DNA from: an uncultured Acidimicrobiaceae bacterium
Lineage (GTDB): Bacteria > Actinomycetota > Acidimicrobiia > Acidimicrobiales > Bog-793
DNA length: 64,000 bases
Direction of reading: 5' to 3'
Assembly: GCA_963836935.1 (NCBI GenBank)
Contig: CAWILM010000030.1
Span: 20,148-84,147, forward strand
Under the pieces are notes generated by a model that did no database searches, had not been told where the DNA came from, and saw nothing but the letters and a program-made list of their open reading frames with translations. The position numbers and the translations under genes are program-made. Below are positions 40,672 to 49,522 of the stretch, in pieces; position 1 is the first letter of the stretch; every line of letters begins with the position of its first letter.

Positions 40672-40789
40672 CCACTCTTAGCGTTCGCATCCGCTCCAGA
40701 ATGCACATCGCTCTCCCGGGCCAGGCGGCAGATCGCCGGCAACGCAAGGCCCGCCTCGAAGCAACGGGGACGCCGGACCATGAGGTGCC

Positions 40790-43700
40790 ATGGCAGTGAC
40801 ATCGGTCATGAGTAGACGGCGCCGACCGAGCCGTCTCGCGATGGTCCCTGTCGCAGCGCTCGTCTTCGCGCTCGGCCTCGGCACCGGCGCGTGTTTCGGC
40901 GCCGGTGGTGCCGGCGCCACGCCGCCGCGCGTCTCCAAGCCGGGCGGGAGCATGCCGCTGGCCGTGACGCCCGAGATCGCCTACGACCTGGCGGAGGCCA
41001 ACGGCGAGGTGGAGTCACTCGGCGGAGCCGCCTACTACGGCTCCGCCTACGGCACGTACCTCACCGCTCCCATCGTCGCCATCATCGCCACGCCCGACCT
41101 CAAGGGTTACTGGCTGATCGGCGCCGACGCCAGCGTCTACCCGTTCGGGGACGCCCGCAACGAGGGCGGCGCCGGGGGCAGCGTGCGGGCGGACCCCGTC
41201 GTCGCTGCCGCCGCGACCCCGGACGGCGACGGCTACTGGCTCGTCACCTCGTCCGGCAAGGTGATGGCCTTCGGCGACGCCGTGAGCTACGGCTCGATCA
41301 CGACGCCGATAAGGGCCCACGTCGTCGGGATCGTGGCCACGCCCGACGGGAAGGGATACTGGATCGCCTGCGACACCGGCGGAGTCTTCAACTTCGGTGA
41401 CGCGGTCTTCCACGGTTCCGCCAAGGCCGGCACGCCCGGACTCGGCATCGTCGCGATCGCGGCGACGCAGGACGGCGGCGGGTACTGGCTCGCTGACGCG
41501 GACGGCGCCGTGTTCAGCTTCGGCGACGCGCCCCACCTCACACCGCCATCCCCGGCGCACTTCCCATCTCCCGTCGTGGGCTTCAGCGTCACCCCTGACG
41601 GCGAAGGGGCTTGGCTGGCGGAGGAGAACGGCACCGTCGTGAACCTCGGCACGGCCGCCGCCCACGGCTCGCTCGCCGACTTGCTGGCCACCTCCCCCGT
41701 GACCTCTATCGCCGCGGTCGTGGTGCCGCCTCCGAGCGACGTCGCCTACGACCTGGCGGAGGCAAACGGCAAGGTGGAGGCGCTCGGGGGAGCCGCCTAC
41801 TACGGCTCCGCCTACGGCTTGGCGCTTGTCGCACCCACTGTCGCCCTGGTCTCCACGCCCGACCGCAAGGGTTACTGGCTCGTCGGCGCCGACGGGAGCG
41901 TTTACCCGTTCGGGGATGCCCTCTACGAGGGCAGCGCCGGGGGCAAGGTGAGGCCGGACCCGGTCGTTGCCGCCGCCGCGACGCCGGATGGCGCCGGCTA
42001 CTGGCTGGTCACCTCGTCCGGGGCAGTGCTGGTCTTCGGCGACGCCGTCAACTACGGCTCGCTCTCGCCGACGATCGGGGCGCACGTCGTGTCGATAGTG
42101 GCCACGAAGGACGGAGGGGGGTACTGGATCACGCTCAGCTCCGGGAGCGTGTTCACCTTCGGGGACGCCCAGCTGTACTGGGGGCCGGACGTCGCAGGGC
42201 TCCCGATCGTCGCGATGGCGGCGACGCCGGACGGCGGCGGGTACTGGCTCCTGGCCGCGGACCGCACCGTGTTCAGCTTCGGGGACGCGCAGCAGCTCGG
42301 ACCGCTGTCCCCGGCGAGTGCCAAGTCTCCGGTCGTGGGATTCACCGTCACGCCCGAAGGCACAGGGGCATGGATAGCAGAGGAGAACGGCACTGTCGTC
42401 CATCTCGGCAGAGCGACCGCCCACGGTTCGCTCACCGCTGTGCCGGCCGCCTCGCCGGTCACCTCGATCACCGCCATCCTGATGCCGACCCCGGACACCC
42501 TCGCCTACGACCTGGCGGAGGCAAACGGAAGAGTGGCCGCCGTCGGCAGAGCCGCCTATTACGGGTCGGCCTTCGGCAAGCACCTCGTCGCTCCCATCGT
42601 CGCCCTCGTCTCCACGCCCGATCGCAAGGGTTACTGGCTGATCGGCGCCGACGGCAGCGTCTACGCCTTCGGGGACGCCGGGTACAAGGGCGGGGCGGGG
42701 GGCAAAGTGCGGCGCGACCCCGTCGCGGCCGCCGCCACAACTCCGGACGGCGGCGGGTACTGGCTCGTCACTTCTTCCGGCGGTGTGATCGCCTTCGGTG
42801 ACGCGCGGAACCATGGATCGACGACATGCCCGGCCGCGGGGCACGTCATCTCGCTGGTGGCCACCACTGACGGGCAGGGGTACTGGATCGCCTGCAGCAC
42901 CGGGGGCGTCTTCAACTTCGGCGACGCCAGGTTCTACGGTTCGGTGAACGCCGTCACCGCCGGGCTGCCCGTCGTCGCCATGGCGGCGACGCCCGACGAC
43001 GGCGGGTACTGGCTCGCCGACGCCAACGGGACGGTGTTCAGCTTCGGCGACGCGCGCCGCCTCGCCCGGTTCGCGCCTGTGAGGACCGCCTCGCCCATCG
43101 TCGGCCTCGCGGTCACCCCCGACGGCACCGGCGACTGGCTGGCGGAAGAGAACGGGACCGTCCTCAGCTTCGGCACCGCGGCTGTCCACGGCACGCTCAC
43201 GGGCACGCTCGCGACCTCGCCGGTCACCTCCATCGCCGCCATGCCGGTCGAGACGGTCTCCCCACTCAGATACCCGAGTGGCAGCTTCGGCTACGACATC
43301 AACTGGCCCCAGTGCGCCAGGCCCAGCTCGACCGAGACGGCCGCGCTCCCCGGCCCGCCGTCGTATCCGTCCGGCACCCTCAACTACACCGTCGCGGTCG
43401 TCGGCGTCGACGGATGGGCTGTGGGCGATGACAACCCCTGCCTCGAGGCGGAGGTCAAATGGGCGGCGAGTTCGGTCGGGACCGACGGCGCACCCTACGA
43501 GCTCTACATGTTCCTCAACTCCCCGTCGGCGTCGGACACGACCGACCAGGAGGGCCCGGCCGGCACGTGCTCCGCCGTCGCCGCGGCGCGCCAGCCCGCC
43601 TGCCTCGCCTACAACTACGGCTACAACGCCGCCTTGGACGCCGTGCAGTACGCGAGCTCGCAGGGCGCCTCGTCGCCGGTGTGGTGGCTCGACGTCGAGA

Positions 43701-44053
43701 ACGACCTCTGCGGCCAGTACTGGTCCTGCAACCAGGCGCTGAATTCGCTCACGATCCAGGGTGCGCTCGACTACCTGCACTCTTTGCAGATCACTGCCGG
43801 GATCTACTCGACTTCGGTGCAGTGGCAGGGGATCACAGGCGGCTATGTGCCGCCCGGCCCGCAGATCCCCATCTGGGTGGCCGGCGCCTACTGGACCTCA
43901 CCGCCTTACCCGTCGAGCTACGGCTACTACCCGCCTGCGTACCTCGCACCGTACTGCGGCGCGAGGTACGCCTTTGCCGGCGGCGAAACATGGCTGTTGC
44001 AGGAGACGCCCGGACCGAACGACTACCCCTTCGACCCGGACTACGCCTGCTGA
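40790..44053 (+). CDS. secreted/lipo-protein with 18 'GYW...FGDA' beta-propeller-like blades (3 x 6) and a C-terminal glycoside-hydrolase-like domain; function unknown
   Basis: 1087-aa ORF with a good Shine-Dalgarno. The N-terminus has RRRR followed by a hydrophobic stretch and ...LGTGAC. There are three ~255-aa super-repeats of six ~42-aa units each (consensus ..PDGxGYWLvxxdGxVfxFGDAxxxGS..). The C-terminal ~260 aa carries GYDINWPQC, WWLDVE and IYS..WQ motifs. Confidence 0.85.
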   Translation: MAVTSVMSRRRRPSRLAMVPVAALVFALGLGTGACFGAGGAGATPPRVSKPGGSMPLAVTPEIAYDLAEANGEVESLGGAAYYGSAYGTYLTAPIVAIIATPDLKGYWLIGADASVYPFGDARNEGGAGGSVRADPVVAAAATPDGDGYWLVTSSGKVMAFGDAVSYGSITTPIRAHVVGIVATPDGKGYWIACDTGGVFNFGDAVFHGSAKAGTPGLGIVAIAATQDGGGYWLADADGAVFSFGDAPHLTPPSPAHFPSPVVGFSVTPDGEGAWLAEENGTVVNLGTAAAHGSLADLLATSPVTSIAAVVVPPPSDVAYDLAEANGKVEALGGAAYYGSAYGLALVAPTVALVSTPDRKGYWLVGADGSVYPFGDALYEGSAGGKVRPDPVVAAAATPDGAGYWLVTSSGAVLVFGDAVNYGSLSPTIGAHVVSIVATKDGGGYWITLSSGSVFTFGDAQLYWGPDVAGLPIVAMAATPDGGGYWLLAADRTVFSFGDAQQLGPLSPASAKSPVVGFTVTPEGTGAWIAEENGTVVHLGRATAHGSLTAVPAASPVTSITAILMPTPDTLAYDLAEANGRVAAVGRAAYYGSAFGKHLVAPIVALVSTPDRKGYWLIGADGSVYAFGDAGYKGGAGGKVRRDPVAAAATTPDGGGYWLVTSSGGVIAFGDARNHGSTTCPAAGHVISLVATTDGQGYWIACSTGGVFNFGDARFYGSVNAVTAGLPVVAMAATPDDGGYWLADANGTVFSFGDARRLARFAPVRTASPIVGLAVTPDGTGDWLAEENGTVLSFGTAAVHGTLTGTLATSPVTSIAAMPVETVSPLRYPSGSFGYDINWPQCARPSSTETAALPGPPSYPSGTLNYTVAVVGVDGWAVGDDNPCLEAEVKWAASSVGTDGAPYELYMFLNSPSASDTTDQEGPAGTCSAVAAARQPACLAYNYGYNAALDAVQYASSQGASSPVWWLDVENDLCGQYWSCNQALNSLTIQGALDYLHSLQITAGIYSTSVQWQGITGGYVPPGPQIPIWVAGAYWTSPPYPSSYGYYPPAYLAPYCGARYAFAGGETWLLQETPGPNDYPFDPDYAC
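40976..43258. repeat. three tandem super-repeats of ~765/759 bp inside the propeller gene
   Basis: Units start at 40976, 41741 and 42500 (each ..gcctacgacctggcggaggc.aacgg..). Units 1 and 2 also share ggagccgcctactacggctccgcctacgg. Confidence 0.9.
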
Positions 44054-44829
44054 GCCGGCCGCGATCCGTGTCCTGGGCGCGGGCCGCTGTCCGGCTCCTC
44101 CCGGCGGACCCACGGGGGGGCGGCAATCCGCAGTCCACGCGGCTCCGCCGGCCGGCGCGGATCGAGGTGGGCGGCGTCGTTGAACCGGACGAGCCACCAC
44201 CGGGACCCCGTGAAGGCCCACTCGGTCATCGACGCGTTGTCCGGGAACAGCCGCACCAGGCTCCCGTGCGAAGGCAGGTCGAGGAACCGCACGAGGGAAG
44301 CCTCGATGATGCCTCCGTGGCCCGACACGACCACGAGCTCGCCCGGATGCGCCTCGGCGAGGCTGTACAGGGCGTCCTCGGCCCTGTCGAGGAGCTCGAT
44401 CCAGCTTTCCCCGCCTGGCGAGAGCGGCCGTTCGGGATCGTCCCCCGGCAACAGGCGCCCGTAGCGCTCGTCGAATTCGCTCCATGTGAGCCCGTCCGCC
44501 TCGCCCGGGTGCCGCTCGCAGAGCGCGCACCTTGCCTCGTAGGTGACCTCCCCGAGGGCCGGGAGCAGGATCTCCGCCGTCTCCACGGCGCGCCGGAGCA
44601 CGCTCGAGTACAGCGCCGCGGCACCGTCGAGCTCGCCCGTGCGCTCGAGGCGGCCGGCGAGGGCGCGGACCTGCAGCCGGCCCCGCGCGGTGAGCCCCCG
44701 GCAACCGAGATGCCCCCCGACCAGGTCCTCGGCGTTGCTCACGGCCTCGCCGTGGCGGATCATGACGAGCCGGGTGCCGGGCGCAACGCGCCTTTCGGGC
44801 GCGAACTGCCGCGCGAAGGCGATCGCCAT
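44041..44829 (-). CDS. histidine phosphatase (phosphoglycerate mutase-like) family protein
   Basis: RHGE catalytic motif (LVMIRHGEAVSN) and a second His motif (VVVSGHGGII). Start placed at ATG 44829. The 3' end overlaps the convergent propeller gene by 13 nt. Confidence 0.8.
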   Translation of the reverse strand: MAIAFARQFAPERRVAPGTRLVMIRHGEAVSNAEDLVGGHLGCRGLTARGRLQVRALAGRLERTGELDGAAALYSSVLRRAVETAEILLPALGEVTYEARCALCERHPGEADGLTWSEFDERYGRLLPGDDPERPLSPGGESWIELLDRAEDALYSLAEAHPGELVVVSGHGGIIEASLVRFLDLPSHGSLVRLFPDNASMTEWAFTGSRWWLVRFNDAAHLDPRRPAEPRGLRIAAPPWVRREEPDSGPRPGHGSRPAQQA

Positions 44830-44883
44830 GGCACGAACAATACCGGCTGGTCTCACCGCCAGGGCGCCTCGCGGGCGCCCGCG

Positions 44884-46383
44884 TCACACCAGGTGCTCGA
44901 CGAAAGCCTGCAGCTGGCGCAGGTTCCGGCACTCGTAGGCGGCGTCGCAGTACTGGGCGTACTGCTCGAGGATCGAGTCACCGCTCCCCCAGTACGAACG
45001 GGGCTCCGGGTTCAACCAGAACACTCGGCGCGCCCGGTTGCGAAGCTCGCGGACGACCCAGGCCTGGGAGGCGTGATAGTTGTTCCGGGCGTCGCCGAGC
45101 AGGAGGATGCTCGCCTTCGGCCCGATCTCATGGCCCCACCGTTCGTAGAAGACGGTGAGGGCGTGCCCGTAGTCGGAGTGCCCGTCCACCCAGACCACGT
45201 CCGCCTCGAGGTTGACGCGGTGCACCGCCTCGGTCACGGTGTCGGATCGGTCGAAGATCCCGGTCACCTCGTCGATGCCGTCGATGAACACGAAGCTGCG
45301 CACCTTGGAGAACTGGGATGCGATCGCGTAGACCAGGTGGAGCGTGAAACGGGCGAACGCCGCCACCGAGCCGGAGATGTCTGCGATCACCCAGATCTCG
45401 GGCTTGGACTGTTTGGGATGCTTGAAGCGCGGCTCGGCCGGCACGCCCCCGGAGGAGAGGGAGTGCCGCATGGTCGAGCGGAAGTCCAAGGGTCCTTTGC
45501 GCAGGTGACGGCGCTTGCGGGCAAGGCGGGTGGCCAGCTTGCGGGTGAGGGGCTGGATCGCCTGGCGCATTGACTCGAGCTCGTCGCGCGTGGCGTGCAT
45601 GAATTCCACGTCCTCCGGCAGGGGCCTGCGAACGCTCCGGGCCAGCGCCTCGGCTCCCCGGTCGGCGACCAGCCGGCGCCTTATCTCGGCTTCGATCTCT
45701 TTCTTGAGCTCGTCAACGCGGGCCCGGTACTCGTCTTCGAGCAGCCGTTCCTCCAAGGCGGTCAGGCGGCCCGGGCGCCGGCCTCGCAGCACCGGTCCCC
45801 CCGGGGCCTCCTCTTCCGCGGCGCCGGAGGGGCCGCCACCGTCGCCCGCCAGCGCCCGTGCCTCGGCCACGAGCCGGGCGAGCACGCTGTCGAGGTCGAG
45901 ATTCCGCAACGTCCTGTACAGGTAGTAGGTGCCACCGACGGGACGCCCCGCCTCAATCGCGGCAAAGCGCGCCACCGCGACCCGGGCGACGGCGCCGAGC
46001 AGGACCTGATCGCCGTCCCGGAGGGCTTTGAACAGCATCGCCGCGATCTCCTCGGGCGTGACCGGCTCCGAGCTGCCGGCTTGCGAAGGCGCGCCCTCGC
46101 CCTCCCCCGCGGCCGGCCCGAGGCGCGCCTCGGCAGAACTGTCATCCTCGCTGACCGAGAATTGCGGGCCTCGCATCGAGAAGTAGATCTCGAAGGCGGT
46201 GTCGAAAGCCCGCCAGTGGTTCGCTGATTTCACAAGGGTCGCGCCAAGGGCGAACTTGATCGCTTGTCGGTCCTCGAGCGGCAGGTGGCAGACGGCCTCG
46301 GCCGCGTCGGCCTCCTCGGCCACCGACACGGGAAGCCCGGCGCGGCGCAGCTCCGCCACGAACCCGGTGAGGACGTCAAGCAC
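44884..46383 (-). CDS. VWA domain protein (CoxE-like)
   Basis: The N-terminal region resembles the CoxE family ([20 protein letters not shown]...). The C-terminal VWA domain has the MIDAS motif DISGS (VIADISGSV). The GTG start overlaps the MoxR stop by 8 nt. Confidence 0.8.
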   Translation of the reverse strand: MLDVLTGFVAELRRAGLPVSVAEEADAAEAVCHLPLEDRQAIKFALGATLVKSANHWRAFDTAFEIYFSMRGPQFSVSEDDSSAEARLGPAAGEGEGAPSQAGSSEPVTPEEIAAMLFKALRDGDQVLLGAVARVAVARFAAIEAGRPVGGTYYLYRTLRNLDLDSVLARLVAEARALAGDGGGPSGAAEEEAPGGPVLRGRRPGRLTALEERLLEDEYRARVDELKKEIEAEIRRRLVADRGAEALARSVRRPLPEDVEFMHATRDELESMRQAIQPLTRKLATRLARKRRHLRKGPLDFRSTMRHSLSSGGVPAEPRFKHPKQSKPEIWVIADISGSVAAFARFTLHLVYAIASQFSKVRSFVFIDGIDEVTGIFDRSDTVTEAVHRVNLEADVVWVDGHSDYGHALTVFYERWGHEIGPKASILLLGDARNNYHASQAWVVRELRNRARRVFWLNPEPRSYWGSGDSILEQYAQYCDAAYECRNLRQLQAFVEHLV

Positions 46384-47332
46384 GGGCGCTCTGTCCGTTC
46401 CGGGGTCGGCGGTCAGTACCCGGACAGCGACCGCGAGCCTCCTTTGCCGCGACCTCGATGTCGGACCGGTGCTTCAAGAGCACGTGCAGAGTGGAGCGCG
46501 CCGTGTCGGCGTCGACGGCCTCGATCCCGAGCAGCACGAGCGTCCGGGCCCAGTCGATCGTCTCGGAGATGGAGGGGTGCTTCTTCAAGTCGAGCGCCCG
46601 CAGCGACCGGACGATCCTCGCGACCTGGTCCGCCAGCTCTTCGCTCACTTGCGGGACCTTGGCGAGCACGATCGCCCGTTCGCGCTCGAGGGTCGGGTAG
46701 TCGAGGTGCAAGAACAGGCAACGTCGTTTCAGGGCCTCGGAAAGGTCCCGGGTGTTGTTGGAGGTGAGGAACACGAGGGGGATCTGGGTGGCACGGATCG
46801 TGCCGAGCTCCGGGATCGAGACCTGGTAGTCGGAAAGCACCTCGAGGAGCAGCGCCTCGGTCTCGATCTCGAGACGGTCGATCTCGTCGACGAGCAGCAC
46901 GACCGGATCGGTGGCGCGGATCGCCTCGAGCAGGGGCCGGGTCAAGAGGAACTCCTCGGAGAACAGATCCTCCTCGAGCGACTCCCAGCCGGGCGGTCTT
47001 GCGCCGCCACCTTCTTCGGCCCCGCGCTCGACCTGGATGCGCAAGAGCTGTTTCTTGTAGTTCCACTCGTAGAGCGCCTTGGCCTCGTCAAGACCCTCGT
47101 AGCACTGCAGGCGTATGAGCCGGGCGTGAAGGAACGATGCCGTCGCCTTCGCGAGCTCGGTCTTGCCGGTGCCGGCCGGGCCCTCGACGAGGATGGGCTT
47201 GGCAAGCCTGTCGCCGAGGTACACGACGCTCGACAGGCCGTCGTCGGCGATGTAGCCGGCTGACGCCAGCCCTTGTCGAACCTCGTCGACCGATCGAAAA
47301 CGCGGCGCAGCCTGCCCGGGGCCAGCGATCAC
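46376..47332 (-). CDS. MoxR/CoxD-like AAA+ ATPase
   Basis: Walker A GPAGTGKT, Walker B LLVDEIDR, and sensor/arginine-finger region [16 protein letters not shown]. The ORF track fuses it to proA only because of the proA frameshift. GTG 47332 overlaps the corrected proA stop (GTGA). Confidence 0.85.
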   Translation of the reverse strand: MIAGPGQAAPRFRSVDEVRQGLASAGYIADDGLSSVVYLGDRLAKPILVEGPAGTGKTELAKATASFLHARLIRLQCYEGLDEAKALYEWNYKKQLLRIQVERGAEEGGGARPPGWESLEEDLFSEEFLLTRPLLEAIRATDPVVLLVDEIDRLEIETEALLLEVLSDYQVSIPELGTIRATQIPLVFLTSNNTRDLSEALKRRCLFLHLDYPTLERERAIVLAKVPQVSEELADQVARIVRSLRALDLKKHPSISETIDWARTLVLLGIEAVDADTARSTLHVLLKHRSDIEVAAKEARGRCPGTDRRPRNGQSARA

Positions 47333-48577
47333 GTCCGGATCTGCCCTTCCCCGTAGACGACGTACTTGACGCAGGTCAGCTCTCTCAGGCCCATCGGCCC
47401 CCGTGCGTGCAGCTTCTGGGTCGAGATGCCGACCTCGGCACCAAGGCCGAGCTTCTCCGCCGTCGATGAACCTCGTCGAGGCGTTGACGAGCACGGCTGC
47501 CGCGTCCACCTGCCGGACAAAGCGCGCGGCGGCCCCGAGGTCCGAGGTGATGATGGCCTCCGAGTGCCCTGAGCCGAACCGCGCGATATGCGAGATCGCC
47601 GCATCGATGTCGTCCACGACGCCGACGGCGAGCTCGAGCGCCAGGAACTCCGTGGCGAAGTCCGTCTCGGTCGCCTGCCGGGACCCCGGCAGCAGGGGCC
47701 TCGCGCGATCGTCGGCCGCGAGCACGACGCCTTCCAACGCGCGGCTCATCCGCGGCAGGAACTCAGCGGCCACATCTGCGTGCACCAACAGCGTCTCCGC
47801 CGCGTTGCAGACACTCGGCCTTTGCGTCTTCGCATTGACGACGATGCGCTCTGCCATGTCGAGATCGGCCGCCGCATCGACGTAGACGTGGCAGTTCCCG
47901 TCTCCGTCGAGCACATAGGGAACAGTCGCTTGCTCGAGGATCATCGCGAGCAGCGCCGGCCCGCCCCGAGGGATCAGGCAGTCGATGACACCACGCAACC
48001 GGACGAACTCGACGGCGGTCTCGTGCGCGGTGTCCTCTACCAGAAGGACGGCGTCGGCCGGCAGCCCGGCCTTCTCGAGACCCTGGCGAAACGAGGCGGC
48101 GATGACGCGATTGGACTCGAGAGCCCCGGCTGACCCCCTCAGCAACACCGCATTGCCCGCCTTGAGGCACAGCGCCGCGGCGTCGGCAGTGACGTTCGGG
48201 CGGTTCTCGTAGATGATCCCGACGACCCCGAGCGGGACGCGCACGCGCGCGACGCGAAGCCCGTTCGGGCGCACGTAGCCTTCGACGACCTCACCCACCG
48301 GATCGGCCAGCAGCGCCACCGAGCGCAGGCCCGCCGCCATGGCAGCCACGCGTGCCTCGGTGAGGCGGAGCCGGTCGACCACCGTCGGCGACGCGCCGGA
48401 CGCGACCGACCGTTCGACGTCGCTGGCGTTCGCGCTCAGGATTTCGTCGGACCGGTCGAAGAGGCGATCGGCAGCCGACGCGAGTGCCGCGTCCTTCGCC
48501 GGGGAAGAGAGGGTGGCGACAAGCCGGGCAGCCGTCTTCGCGCGCCGGCCGAGCTCGGGCAGTGACGTCGTCGACAT
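47329..48577 (-). CDS. proA: glutamate-5-semialdehyde dehydrogenase, one frame disruption as assembled
   Basis: ProA sequence runs from [17 protein letters not shown]... through ...[11 protein letters not shown]. The conserved end [40 protein letters not shown]+TGA is in the 47329..47604 frame. The junction is near 47458-47465. Confidence 0.88.
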
Positions 48578-48607
48578 GGGCTCAGGCTACCTGCCGGGCG
48601 GCGGGGA

Positions 48608-49456
48608 CTATTCGGCGCAGAGCCGCTCCACGAGCCGCCCGACCTGCCACGACCGCTCGGCCTCGCCTGCAGACGGGCCGTTCAGGTCGGCCGCGGCCTG
48701 ACGTGAGCGCTCGGCCGCATCGCGCGCCGCCACCCACGACGGCGCGTACTTCGGGCCTGCGCCGCCGACGGCGAAGCGGCCCCAAGGGGTGTCCACCTCG
48801 TCGACTTCGGCCACCTTGCGCTCTTCGTGCACCTCGTACCGTCGCGTCTCGCGCTCGGCAAGGAACGGGAACGCGACATGGCGAACGGCCTCGACCGCCG
48901 CCAGCACGGCGTCACGGGCGGCGGCGAGCGTCTCCCACGCGGGGTCGCTCATGACGTCGACACCTTGGCCTTCGGCCTCAGCGGCGGCGGTGAAGGCGGC
49001 ATCGCCGATGGCCGTGCTCTCACGGCGCAGCCGCCTCGCCGCCGCGATGCGCGAGACGAACCCGAGCCTGCGGGCGTCCGTGCCCGTGCCGTTCTCGAGG
49101 TACTGGCGCGCCGACGCGATGATCTCCCCGAGCGACCCGCCGTCGGGAAGCTCCGCGTCGGCGCTGCCGGGGACAATCTCCAAGATGTGCTCGACACAGT
49201 CGAGCGCGAAGGCCGCAGCCTGCTTCTCCGACCAGGAGGTAGCGGCGACAAGTCGGGCTGCGCCGGCTTCGCCGGCGGGTTCGGCCCGAAAGACGCATTC
49301 ACCGAGCTCGTCCAAGAGCTGGTCCGCGTCGAGCAGCACCAAGGTGCCCTGTTCGTCAGGCTCGACGACGTCGCCCGGCCGCCAACCACCCGCCTCGCGG
49401 TACTGGCAACGGCCACCTCCTGCGATGGCCGTTGTGGTGCTGCAAGCCATCGGCAT
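48608..49456 (-). CDS. hypothetical protein (Ala-rich helical; possibly related to Imm5-like / 'DUF' proteins often mislabelled SbcC)
   Basis: ~280-aa ORF between proB and proA with high third-position GC. I recognise no catalytic motif. Segments GGWRPGDVVEPDE.G.L.L.D...L.DELGE.VF.AEP.GE and WSEKQAAAFALDCVEHIL...ARQYLENG recall an uncharacterised family. Start ATG 49456 or 49450 (TTG 49486 also possible). Confidence 0.55.
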   Translation of the reverse strand: MPMACSTTTAIAGGGRCQYREAGGWRPGDVVEPDEQGTLVLLDADQLLDELGECVFRAEPAGEAGAARLVAATSWSEKQAAAFALDCVEHILEIVPGSADAELPDGGSLGEIIASARQYLENGTGTDARRLGFVSRIAAARRLRRESTAIGDAAFTAAAEAEGQGVDVMSDPAWETLAAARDAVLAAVEAVRHVAFPFLAERETRRYEVHEERKVAEVDEVDTPWGRFAVGGAGPKYAPSWVAARDAAERSRQAAADLNGPSAGEAERSWQVGRLVERLCAE

Positions 49457-49522
49457 CGGTCGCCACGAATCGATCGGACACGGCAAACGACCTCCCGGTC
49501 AGCTCAACAAGGCTGTCACACG

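Noticed and set aside
41015-43780. 921-aa ORF on the minus strand, antisense to the propeller gene
   Set aside because: Its composition is dominated by Arg, Gly, Asp and Pro, as expected from reading a GC-rich repeat gene backwards. The plus-strand ORF has a Shine-Dalgarno, a signal peptide and coherent repeats. This is a typical high-GC shadow ORF.
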